64,000 bases of DNA from Abditibacteriaceae bacterium. Lineage in GTDB: Bacteria; Armatimonadota; Abditibacteriia; Abditibacteriales; Abditibacteriaceae. Under the pieces are notes generated by a model. The model was given only the letters and a program-made list of their open reading frames with translations, had not been told where the DNA came from and did no database searches. The stretch covers positions 192,001 to 256,000 of the forward strand of contig OZ255721.1 of the NCBI GenBank assembly GCA_965277285.1, in the 5' to 3' direction. A program made the position numbers and the translations under genes. Numbering within the stretch: position 1 is the first letter of the stretch; every line of letters begins with the position of its first letter. Shown here piece after piece: positions 9,946 through 18,246 of the stretch.

Positions 9946-11328
9946 ATGATTCGTTTTCACGCGCCGCTCATCGTTCCTCTGGCATTGGTCTGCACTTTGA
10001 CTGGCATCGTGGTTAATGTCGCCGCGCCAATAGCATCAGCCGCGCCTGCTTCCTCATCGGCCCTGTTGTCGATGGCGCCGTCGTCCGCCAATTATCGCGC
10101 TCTGGCGCAGCAGATGAACCACAGTCTACAGCGCGATGATCTGGAAAAATGGTTTCCGGCTTCGGTTGACACACAGCGCGGCGGCTTCCACGAAAATTAC
10201 GCGACGGACTGGAGAAAAATGGCGAGCGACGAACGCGCAATCGTTTATCAATCGCGCCTGACGTGGCTGGCGGCGCAAGCCTCGCAACGCTTTCCCACGC
10301 AGAGAAAACGGTACATCGAGTACTCGAATCACGGCCTGAACTTTCTGCGCAACCGAATGTGGGACAAGCAATTCGGCGGCTTCTACTGGGAACTCGACGG
10401 CAATGGAAAAGCCGAGCGCAACGGCGAAAAGCACGCCTATGGAAACGCTTTTGCGATTTACGCGGCGTGCGCCAATTATCGCGCGACACGCGATCCACGC
10501 GCTCTCAGCCTGGCGCGACGCGGTTTCGCGTGGCTGGAGCGTCATGCGCACGACGCGCGCAACGGCGGCTATTACGAAGCCTTGCGCCGCGATGGAAAAC
10601 CGCTGTTGACGCCTTCGATTGCCACGACCAGCGACTTTATCGGCACGCGCTATGGCTTCAAAAGCATGAACACGCACATTCATTTGCTCGAAGCCTTCAC
10701 GGCGCTTTACCAGGTTTCGCCGACGCCTTTGGTGCGACGCCGCTTGCAGGAAGTTTTCGATTTGGTGCGCGATAAAATCAACGTTCCGTCAATCGGCGCG
10801 ATGAACCAGTTTTTCACACCCGATTGGCGCGCTGTCCCGGACGCCGATTCGTTTGGCCACGACATCGAAACCGCTTATCTTTTGGTGGAAGCCTCACAAA
10901 CTTTGGGCAAGCCGAACGATGCGCGAACCTGGACTGAGGCGCGTCGCATGGTCGATCATGCTCTGAACTTTGGCTTTGATACGGAGCGCGGCGGTTTTTA
11001 TGATCAGGGCAGCACGTTTGGCTCGGCCACCAAAACCGATAAAGTGTGGTGGGTGCAGGCCGAAGGTTTGAACGCTTTATTGCTGATGCACGAACGTTAC
11101 GGGCGCCAAACGCCGCGCTACTGGAGCGCATTCTTACGCCAGTGGAACTTCATCCGCCAATACCAGATTGATGCCACCAACGGCGGCTGGCGCCAAAGCG
11201 TGACGACCGAAGGCAACGCCATTCCGAACCAGATTAAAAGCGATATGTGGACCGAAGGCTATCATCAAGGCCGCGCTTTGTTGAATGTCTCAGCGATGCT
11301 TTCGCGTCTGGCAAGAGAAAACCCATAA
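9946..11328 (+). CDS. AGE-family epimerase, cellobiose 2-epimerase-like, with N-terminal signal peptide
   Basis: QSRLTW, KSMNTHIHLLEAFT, SFGHDIETAYL, KVWWVQAEG and YHQGRA motifs; AGGAG RBS. Confidence 0.88.
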   Translation: MIRFHAPLIVPLALVCTLTGIVVNVAAPIASAAPASSSALLSMAPSSANYRALAQQMNHSLQRDDLEKWFPASVDTQRGGFHENYATDWRKMASDERAIVYQSRLTWLAAQASQRFPTQRKRYIEYSNHGLNFLRNRMWDKQFGGFYWELDGNGKAERNGEKHAYGNAFAIYAACANYRATRDPRALSLARRGFAWLERHAHDARNGGYYEALRRDGKPLLTPSIATTSDFIGTRYGFKSMNTHIHLLEAFTALYQVSPTPLVRRRLQEVFDLVRDKINVPSIGAMNQFFTPDWRAVPDADSFGHDIETAYLLVEASQTLGKPNDARTWTEARRMVDHALNFGFDTERGGFYDQGSTFGSATKTDKVWWVQAEGLNALLLMHERYGRQTPRYWSAFLRQWNFIRQYQIDATNGGWRQSVTTEGNAIPNQIKSDMWTEGYHQGRALLNVSAMLSRLARENP

Positions 11329-11341
11329 ACCTTCGCTTTGA

Positions 11342-11494
11342 AAGGATGTAAACAAAGTCCCAAAAACGACTGAAACTCGCAGTTTGTCATTCTGAGTGCA
11401 GCGAAGAATCTATATGCGAAGTCAGATTCTTCGCAGCGCTCAGAATGACAAACTGTGAGTTTGGCGGCTCTTCTTTCACTTTGTTTATAACCTC
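11342..11494. mobile_element. MITE with IS5-like ends carrying a GTCATTCTGAG..CTCAGAATGAC hairpin
   Basis: Ends aaggatgtaaacaaagt / actttgtttataacctc; TGA on both flanks; internal inverted repeat 11373-11462. Confidence 0.65.
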
Positions 11495-11746
11495 TGAGTA
11501 CTCGAAGACAAACTGCGCTCCTGTTCGAGGTGCGACATATCAAGTCCAAGCTAACGGCCCTGCGAATTATGAAGCAATGAAGAACTGAAGTTGCGCCAAG
11601 AGGGAACGCGAAGTTGTCCTCGCCTTCTTATTTCGATATACTGCGTCCGTTCAATTGACTTTGGAGTTTCGACAAAAGCGCGTCATCGAGTACTCGAATC
11701 TCGATTGCGACGCGTTTTTTTGTGTCGCAGAAAGGAAGAATAAACC

Positions 11747-12118
11747 ATGAAAACTGACATCCATCCCAATTACGTCGAATCGACGATCACTTGTTCGACG
11801 TGCGGAACCGTTGTTCACACGCACGCGACCGTGCCTGCAATTCGCATCGATCTGTGCTCGAATTGCCATCCGTTTTATACCGGAAAGCAGCGCATCGTGG
11901 ACACCGCTGGCCGCGTTGATCGCTTCAACCAGCGCCGCGACGCCGGTGAAAAAGCGCAGAAAGTCGCTAAAGCAGCGGCCAAAAAGCGCGAGAAAACCGA
12001 TACGCGCCCGACCGTTCCCGCCATGAGCGAAGCCGAAAAAGCTCCCACCACGGCGCCAGACGCAACAGCGCCGGTCGAAATCGTTCCCGCTGATGCCGCA
12101 ACCAGCGACGCCAGCTAA
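11747..12118 (+). CDS. rpmE: 50S ribosomal protein L31 (Zn-binding type) with C-terminal extension
   Basis: MKTDIHPNY...CSTCG...[24 protein letters not shown]. Confidence 0.97.
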   Translation: MKTDIHPNYVESTITCSTCGTVVHTHATVPAIRIDLCSNCHPFYTGKQRIVDTAGRVDRFNQRRDAGEKAQKVAKAAAKKREKTDTRPTVPAMSEAEKAPTTAPDATAPVEIVPADAATSDAS

Positions 12119-12133
12119 ATCGGCGTACTTTAA

Positions 12134-12281
12134 GAATTAGTTCTAAAGTAGAAAACAACGTTGAGAGTCGGAAGTTTGTCATTCTGAGCGCAGCGAAGAA
12201 TCTGATTACAGTTAGCTTCTTCTCTGCGCTCAGAATGACAAACTTCCGATTTCACGTAGCACGAACTTTCCAAACTGATTC
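12134..12281. mobile_element. MITE/REP element with GTCATTCTGAGCGCAGCGAAGAATCT hairpin
   Basis: Inverted repeat 12168-12249; outer ends gaattagttct / caaactgattc resemble those of the 39536-39811 element. Confidence 0.6.
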
Positions 12282-12296
12282 TCAGTTGTTCTATCT

Positions 12297-13462
12297 ATGA
12301 GCGAACCGCACTCGTCCAATGAAACGCAGGCCCAAAGCGCGCAAGCGCCGGAAAAGCCTGCGTTTCATTTGGGCGGCCAGGCGCTCATCGAAGGCGTGAT
12401 GATGCGTTCGCCGCACTTTATCGCGGCCTCGGTGCGGCGTTCCGACGGCGAAATTGAAACGCGCGTCGAACGCTTTCATTCAGTTTTGGAACGCTCGCCG
12501 CTTTTTCGCTTGCCGTTTGTGCGCGGCGTCATCGCTCTGGTCGAAATGATGAGCGTCGGTTCGCGTTTTTTGCGCTGGTCAAGCGATCTGGTGATGCAAG
12601 ACGAAGCCGCCAAAAACGCTGTCAATAGCGAAGTTGCGGGCAGCAAAGTTACGAGCGATGAATCTGAATTGAGTAAATCTGAATCGAGTACTCGAAGCGC
12701 GACGCTCACGACTTCTTCGCTCATTTCCGCCGCCGCAATTTCTCACGAAGACGTTGGAAAATAACGATGACGGAAAACCATGACGAAGCGAAACCGGAAG
12801 CCGCGATCCCGATCTGGCTTTTTGCGTTGACTGTCGCCGGTTCGCTGGCGATTGGACTTTTTCTGTTTGTCGCCTTGCCCAGTCTCGCGGCGTGGTATTT
12901 CGTGCGCCATTTTGACAGCGGACGTTTCCTGAATAATCGCTACGTTCTCAACGGGCTGGAAGGCGTTGTGAAACTGGCGATTTTCGTCGCTTATGTCTGG
13001 CTGATCGGGCGACGCACACAAATCAAGCGCCTTTTTGAATATCACGGCGCGGAACACAAAGTCGTTTATGCGACCGAATACAACAAGCCTTTGACGCCCG
13101 AAGGCGCGCGCCCTTTTCCGACGCCGCATCCGCGCTGTGGAACCGGTTTCGCGTTGCTGACAGTTTTCGTCAGCGTCGTTTTGTTCACGTTTTTGCCGCA
13201 AACATCGTCCAAAGCGTTGCACGTTTTGATGCGCGTCGCACTGATGCCGTTGGTGGCCGGCGTTTCTTACGAAATCATCAAACTGACGACGCATCCGCAA
13301 TTGGGCAAAGTCGTGCAAACGCTGATGATTCCAGGTTTGTGGCTGCAACTTTTGACGACGCGCCAGCCGGACGATGCGCAACTCGAAGTCTCCTGCGCCG
13401 CCATGAAAGCGGTTTTGCAAGCCGAGCAGGAACTCGCCGCAACACAATCGAGTACTCGATAG
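12297..13462 (+). CDS. DUF1385 domain protein, split into two ORFs (12297-12764 and 12767-13462)
   Basis: ORF1 has GGQALIEGVMMR and PFVRGVIAL; ORF2 has FEYHGAEHK, HPRCGTGF and GLWLQLLTTRQPDD; typical position between rpmE and prfA. Confidence 0.85.
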
Positions 13463-13480
13463 CAGCGCTGTATTCTCTTC

Positions 13481-13545
13481 GTAGAGGCAACCCTTGTGGT
13501 TGCCCTTTGGTGACAAACGCGGGCGACTACAAGGGTCGCCCCTAC
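13481..13545. repeat. GTAG-type REP doublet
   Basis: GTAGaggcaacccttgtggttgccc ... gggcgactacaagggtcgcccCTAC. Confidence 0.75.
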
Positions 13546-13558
13546 AAATCACTTCCCC

Positions 13559-14611
13559 ATGAATGAAAAAGCCCGCGCACAAGCCGAACGATTCGACCAA
13601 TTGACGGCGCAGATGTCCGATCCCGAATTTGCCGCCGACGGCGCGTCGTTGGCGAAATTGGGCAAGGAACGCGCACAACTCGAACCTGTGGCGCAATGTT
13701 TTCGCGCTATCGAAAAGTTGCAAAACCAGTTGGATGAAGCGCGCGCGTCGCTGGACGATCCCGATCTGGGCGAACTGGCGCGCGAAGAAATCGCGCAACT
13801 GGAGCCGCAAATCACGCCATTGAGTACTCAATTAGAAGATTTGCTGGCGCCGCGCGACCCAGACGCCGACCGCAACGTGATTATGGAAATTCGTCAGGGT
13901 TCGGGCGGCGAAGAAGCGGCGTTGTGGGCGGGCGATTTGTATCGCATGTACAACCGTTTCGCCGAGATACGCGGCTGGAAAGTCGAGCCGATTTCGGTTT
14001 CCGAAGCCGAAATGGGTGGCTTGAAAGAAGTCGTTTTTGGCGTTTTGGGCAAAGGCGCGTGGGACGTTTTGCAAACCGAAAGCGGGGTTCATCGCGTGCA
14101 GCGTGTTCCCATCACTGAGCAAAAAGGCCGCGTTCACACCAGCGCGGCCAGCGTCGCGGTGTTGCCCGAAGCCGAAGAAGTCGATGTCAACATCAACGAA
14201 AACGACATCGAAATGGAAACCATGCGCGCCAGCGGTGCCGGTGGACAAAGCGTGCAGAAAAACGAAACCGCCGTGCGCCTGATTTATCGCCCGACGGGTT
14301 TGATCGTTACCTGCCAGGACGAGCGATCTCTCAGGCAGAACAAGGAAAAAGCGATGCGCGTTTTGCGTTCGCGCCTTTATGAAGCTGAGCGCGAACGTTT
14401 GGCAGCCGAACGCGACAGCGCGCGCAAAGCTCAGGTAAAAAGTGGCGACCGCAGCGACAAAATTCGCACTTACAATTTCCCCGAAAACCGTTTGACAGAT
14501 CACCGTATCAACTTCAAAAACAACAATCTCGACCAGATTATGCAAGGCAACCTGGAAGAATTGGTGCAAGCTCTGGCGCAAGCGCGCCGCCACGAATTGT
14601 TAGAAAGTTAG
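13559..14611 (+). CDS. prfA: Peptide chain release factor 1
   Basis: [22 protein letters not shown] (PxT), SGAGGQ and [12 protein letters not shown]. Confidence 0.97.
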   Translation: MNEKARAQAERFDQLTAQMSDPEFAADGASLAKLGKERAQLEPVAQCFRAIEKLQNQLDEARASLDDPDLGELAREEIAQLEPQITPLSTQLEDLLAPRDPDADRNVIMEIRQGSGGEEAALWAGDLYRMYNRFAEIRGWKVEPISVSEAEMGGLKEVVFGVLGKGAWDVLQTESGVHRVQRVPITEQKGRVHTSAASVAVLPEAEEVDVNINENDIEMETMRASGAGGQSVQKNETAVRLIYRPTGLIVTCQDERSLRQNKEKAMRVLRSRLYEAERERLAAERDSARKAQVKSGDRSDKIRTYNFPENRLTDHRINFKNNNLDQIMQGNLEELVQALAQARRHELLES

Positions 14612-14638
14612 TCGTTTGTTTTGACGTGCGGTTTCAAC

Positions 14639-14667
14639 GTACGGGCGACCCGCTGGGTCGCCCATAC
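14639..14667. repeat. GTAC/GTAG-type single REP
   Basis: gtacgggcgacccgctgggtcgcccatac. Confidence 0.65.
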
Positions 14668-14693
14668 AACATTTCGCATTCGAGTACTCGATT

Positions 14694-15572
14694 ATGACCG
14701 TGCGCCAAGCCTATGACTCTGCAGTAAAGGTTCTTCACGAAGAATCGGGCTACGATTTGAACGAAGCGCGCATTTCGTCTCGTCTTTTGGTCGACAACCT
14801 GGCGCAGCGCGACAATGCGCATCTTCTTCAACCCGACGAACCTCTTGATGAGATTTGGGCTGTCCCTGATTTTTATCGCCTGTTGAGAGATTTGCAATCT
14901 GGCAAGCCTCTCGCATATGTTCTTCATCAGCGTGCTTTTTTTGGACGACCGTTTTGGTGCGAGCCATGTGTGCTGATTCCTCGTCCCGAAACCGAATTGT
15001 TGGTTGGACATACAATTGAACGTTTGCAAAATTACGAAACTGCGCTGATTGCCGATTTGGGAACCGGAAGCGGCTGCATCGCGGTTTCAGTCGCGCACGA
15101 ATTGCCACAAAGCGTCGTTTATGCAACTGATTTGTCGCGCGATGCGTTGGAGCTGGCGAAAAGCAATGCGCTCCTTCACAACGTTCAAAATCGCATCGAA
15201 TTCGTTGAAGGACAAAGCGGCGAATGGGCGCAGCCTTTGGCGCGCGAAGGTTTTGCCAGACAATTTGATTGCGTGTTGACGAACCCGCCATATATTTCCA
15301 AGCGCGACATCGAAGAACTGCCGACGCAAATCAAAGATTTTGAGCCGCGTTTGGCGCTCGACGGTGGCGATGATGGACTCGATTGTTATCGTCAAATCGC
15401 GCAACAATGCGACGTTTTGCTTTCAAAGAATGGTTTTCTGCTGGCCGAATTGGGCGCTGGGCAATTTGGCGGAGTGAAGACGATATTTGAAAATGAGGGC
15501 TGGAAAGTTGACGAACCACTTCTCGATTTGGCTGGCCATGAACGCGTTCTGTTGGCGACGCGCGCTGCATAA
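14694..15572 (+). CDS. prmC: Release factor glutamine N5-methyltransferase
   Basis: VLIPRPETE, DLGTGSGCIA, NPPY and EPRLALDGGDDGL; downstream of prfA. Confidence 0.95.
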   Translation: MTVRQAYDSAVKVLHEESGYDLNEARISSRLLVDNLAQRDNAHLLQPDEPLDEIWAVPDFYRLLRDLQSGKPLAYVLHQRAFFGRPFWCEPCVLIPRPETELLVGHTIERLQNYETALIADLGTGSGCIAVSVAHELPQSVVYATDLSRDALELAKSNALLHNVQNRIEFVEGQSGEWAQPLAREGFARQFDCVLTNPPYISKRDIEELPTQIKDFEPRLALDGGDDGLDCYRQIAQQCDVLLSKNGFLLAELGAGQFGGVKTIFENEGWKVDEPLLDLAGHERVLLATRAA

Positions 15573-15666
15573 AACATCTTTCGAGTACTTGAAACGACGA
15601 CTTTGCCATTCCTCGTTGCTTTGAAAGTGTGTAAAGAAAGTAGGCAAAAAGCCATCAAACCGAGAA

Positions 15667-15734
15667 TTTGTCATTCTGAGCGTAGCGAAGAATCTAACTG
15701 TCACCAGATTCTTCGCTGCGCTCAGAATGACAAA
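15667..15734. repeat. GTCATTCTGAG..CTCAGAATGAC hairpin repeat
   Basis: tttgtcattctgagcgtagcgaagaatct ... agattcttcgctgcgctcagaatgacaaa. Confidence 0.85.
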
Positions 15735-15792
15735 CTGGAAGTTAATAGGTCTGCAGAGATTATCAGATCACTTCGAGTACTCGATAACGTTT

Positions 15793-16362
15793 ATGACGAT
15801 TCTTTTTGTGTGTTCGGGCAATACATGCCGTTCGCCGCTGGCAGTTGCGGCGTGGCGCGCGCTCGAACGCGAACAAGGCGCGCTGGCGCAAGGCGCGTTG
15901 CTGGAAACCGAAGTCGCATCGGCGGGAACGGCAGCGTGGAAAAGTGGCGCGGCAACAACGCATTCGCAAAAAATCGCGCTTTCTTGGAAGGTAGATTTGT
16001 CCGATCATCGCGCGCGCGGCCTATCGCAAAAGTTGGCGCGTGGTGCAGATTTGATTATCACAATGACGCGGCGCCAGGCGCAAAACGTGCGCGATCAATT
16101 TGGTTTGCCATCGCATCGCGTGCGCGTTTTGGGCGAGTTTGCGAACAATCGAGTACTCGAAAGTGGCGCGCAAACAAAAGCAACACGTAACGACGACCAA
16201 CGTTTCGCGGCCTTATTGAACGAAGCCGCCAACAACCAGGAACTCGACATCGCCGATCCGTTTGGTGGCTCGCTCGAAGCTTATGAATCGTGCGCGGCGC
16301 ACATCAAAAACTGCGTCAAAGGTCTGCGACAGGCGTTGCGCGAAGGAGCCATTGACTTATGA
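15793..16362 (+). CDS. Low-molecular-weight protein Tyr/Arg phosphatase (YwlE-like)
   Basis: ILFVCSGNTCRSPLA P-loop; SAGT; DIADPFGG. Confidence 0.92.
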   Translation: MTILFVCSGNTCRSPLAVAAWRALEREQGALAQGALLETEVASAGTAAWKSGAATTHSQKIALSWKVDLSDHRARGLSQKLARGADLIITMTRRQAQNVRDQFGLPSHRVRVLGEFANNRVLESGAQTKATRNDDQRFAALLNEAANNQELDIADPFGGSLEAYESCAAHIKNCVKGLRQALREGAIDL

Positions 16363-17186
16363 AAATCGCGCGGTTTTGTGGCGCTTTGGCGCTTCTGGTT
16401 TTTGTTTTGGCAGGTTGCAATCCCGCCGATGTCGCGGATTCGGGCAAGACGCGCGACGTGTTAAAAACGGCCTTGAGCGCGCCTGCCGTCAGTCGCATTT
16501 TTGACGCCGGAACGCGCGCCATCGACAACGACGACTTGCAAACTTTGAGCGAACAATGCGACGAGTTGCGACGTTTGGGCGCTCACCGCGAAGCTGATTT
16601 GTTGTCGCTGGGCGCGGCAGGAAATGCCGTGATTGAAGCGGCGCAGTTGGAAAACAAGGCGAGCGAATCGAGTACTCGAAAGTCGGAATTATTGGCGCAA
16701 GCGGCGCAGCAATATCGCCTGGCGTTGCGTTTATCACCCGATTTTCCATCGCAAAATCCCGATTTGTTAAACGCGCTGGGCTACTTTCTGGCGGATCGTG
16801 GAAGTTCAAATGCGGATTTCGTGACAGCGGAAAATTTGACGCGACGCGCTCTGAATCGTCTGGACGAATTAGCGAAATCTCAATTGATTTTGAGTTCGGC
16901 AGATGTGGCGTTCACGCGCGCCAACACGCGCGATTCTCTGGCTTGGGCGTTGTTTCGTCAGAAGAAATTTCAAGAGGCGTTCAGTCAACAGCAGCAAGCG
17001 ATGAGTGAAGCGCGCGGCGCTCTGGTTTCCGGCGCCAGCGACCCAAGCGGCGAAAGTCTGCGCGAAATGACCTTTCATTTGCAGCAAATCGAAAAAGCTG
17101 TGGGGCATAAGACCGAATTTGTTCCCATGCCGACGCCACCAGAAAAATTAAAAGGCTCCCCAATTTTGCCGCTTAAAGCGGTTTAG
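16359..17186 (+). CDS. TPR-like lipoprotein
   Basis: Lipobox VLAGC; LNALGYFLADR and RDSLAWALFR TPR-like helices; ATGA overlap with the upstream gene. Confidence 0.75.
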   Translation: MKIARFCGALALLVFVLAGCNPADVADSGKTRDVLKTALSAPAVSRIFDAGTRAIDNDDLQTLSEQCDELRRLGAHREADLLSLGAAGNAVIEAAQLENKASESSTRKSELLAQAAQQYRLALRLSPDFPSQNPDLLNALGYFLADRGSSNADFVTAENLTRRALNRLDELAKSQLILSSADVAFTRANTRDSLAWALFRQKKFQEAFSQQQQAMSEARGALVSGASDPSGESLREMTFHLQQIEKAVGHKTEFVPMPTPPEKLKGSPILPLKAV

Positions 17187-17327
17187 TTGGGGAGCCTTTC
17201 ACTTAATCTGCAACGATGTTACAACGTTTGCCTTACTCGTGTCGAATTGAATAAAAGTTATTTCTTTAGCGCATTTAAGACCTTCGATTTTGTGCAATCG
17301 AGTACTCGAAACGTTTACAAATCGTGT

Positions 17328-17987
17328 TCAATGCTTGACCATTTCGGGAGTTTCGCTGGCGACTTCGGGTTTCGCTTCGGCTTCCACCTGATGTTGTAAA
17401 TCGTTCAAATCGAGTTCGGTGGAAGGGCGAATGTCGGCTTTGAGGACGCGCTGCATCAAATCGAGCGCGTTTTGGTTGGCTTCCTGTGTGTTCGAGGCGA
17501 TGCAATCGGACGGCACGAAGATTTGAAAGTCGCGCATATAAGCGTCGTTGGCGGTGAAAAGCACGCAAATGTCGCCCGCGACGCCGGTTATAATCAAGGT
17601 TTTGGCGCCCAAATAATCGAGCAGAATGTCGAGATTGGTCGAAAAAAAGCCGCTGTGCTTGGGTTTCAAAACGAAATAATCGTCTTTGTCGGGCCGCAGC
17701 AAACGCACGATTTCTTCGCCTCGAACGCCGTCTTCCAAACAATGTTTGATGAGGTTGCGCGCATCGGAACGCCATTGGCCGAAGTTGTCATTGACGTAAA
17801 TGGTCGGGATTTTTGCTTGCGTCGCGCGCTTTTTCAGGTCGCAGATACGCTGCGCCATCGGAAGGGCGAAAGGCAAAAGTTTGTCGGCGTCTAGCCATTC
17901 CAAATCGTTGATGACATCGATGAGAAGCAGCACGACGCCCGAACTGTCGGGCACCATGCCATGTAAATCCTGGTTCTTGGTGGGCAT
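17328..17987 (-). CDS. Cysteine hydrolase, isochorismatase family
   Basis: LLLIDVIND, LKPKHSGFFST and TGVAGDICVLFTANDAYMRD; probable start MPTKNQDLHG. Confidence 0.9.
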   Translation of the reverse strand: MPTKNQDLHGMVPDSSGVVLLLIDVINDLEWLDADKLLPFALPMAQRICDLKKRATQAKIPTIYVNDNFGQWRSDARNLIKHCLEDGVRGEEIVRLLRPDKDDYFVLKPKHSGFFSTNLDILLDYLGAKTLIITGVAGDICVLFTANDAYMRDFQIFVPSDCIASNTQEANQNALDLMQRVLKADIRPSTELDLNDLQHQVEAEAKPEVASETPEMVKH

Positions 17988-18246
17988 GAAATCGCGTTGC
18001 GCAAACACAATGCCTGCAAACGGCAATTTCGACAATCGAGTACTCGATTGGCTGCCTTGATTCTTTTTGTCAATCTTTAGGAAAAACGCTGAGCGAGTCA
18101 TACCTTTGGTGGAATAAAAAACCGTTTTGCTATTTCTTTCCACATCGCTATCGCAATTTGCTAAACTGCGCCTATTCCCTTTTCTGGCCGCACGCGTTCT
18201 TCCCGTGGCGCGACTCGAAACACTTTGAAACACTTTGAGGCACTCT

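Noticed and set aside
14694..15572. NPPY methyltransferase as the DNA MTase for the palindrome
   Set aside because: LIPRPETE motif and position after prfA identify it as PrmC, a protein methyltransferase.
15603..16190. ORFs containing CHSERSEES / FFAALRMT peptides
   Set aside because: These are translations of the GTCATTCTGAG hairpin repeat, not real proteins.
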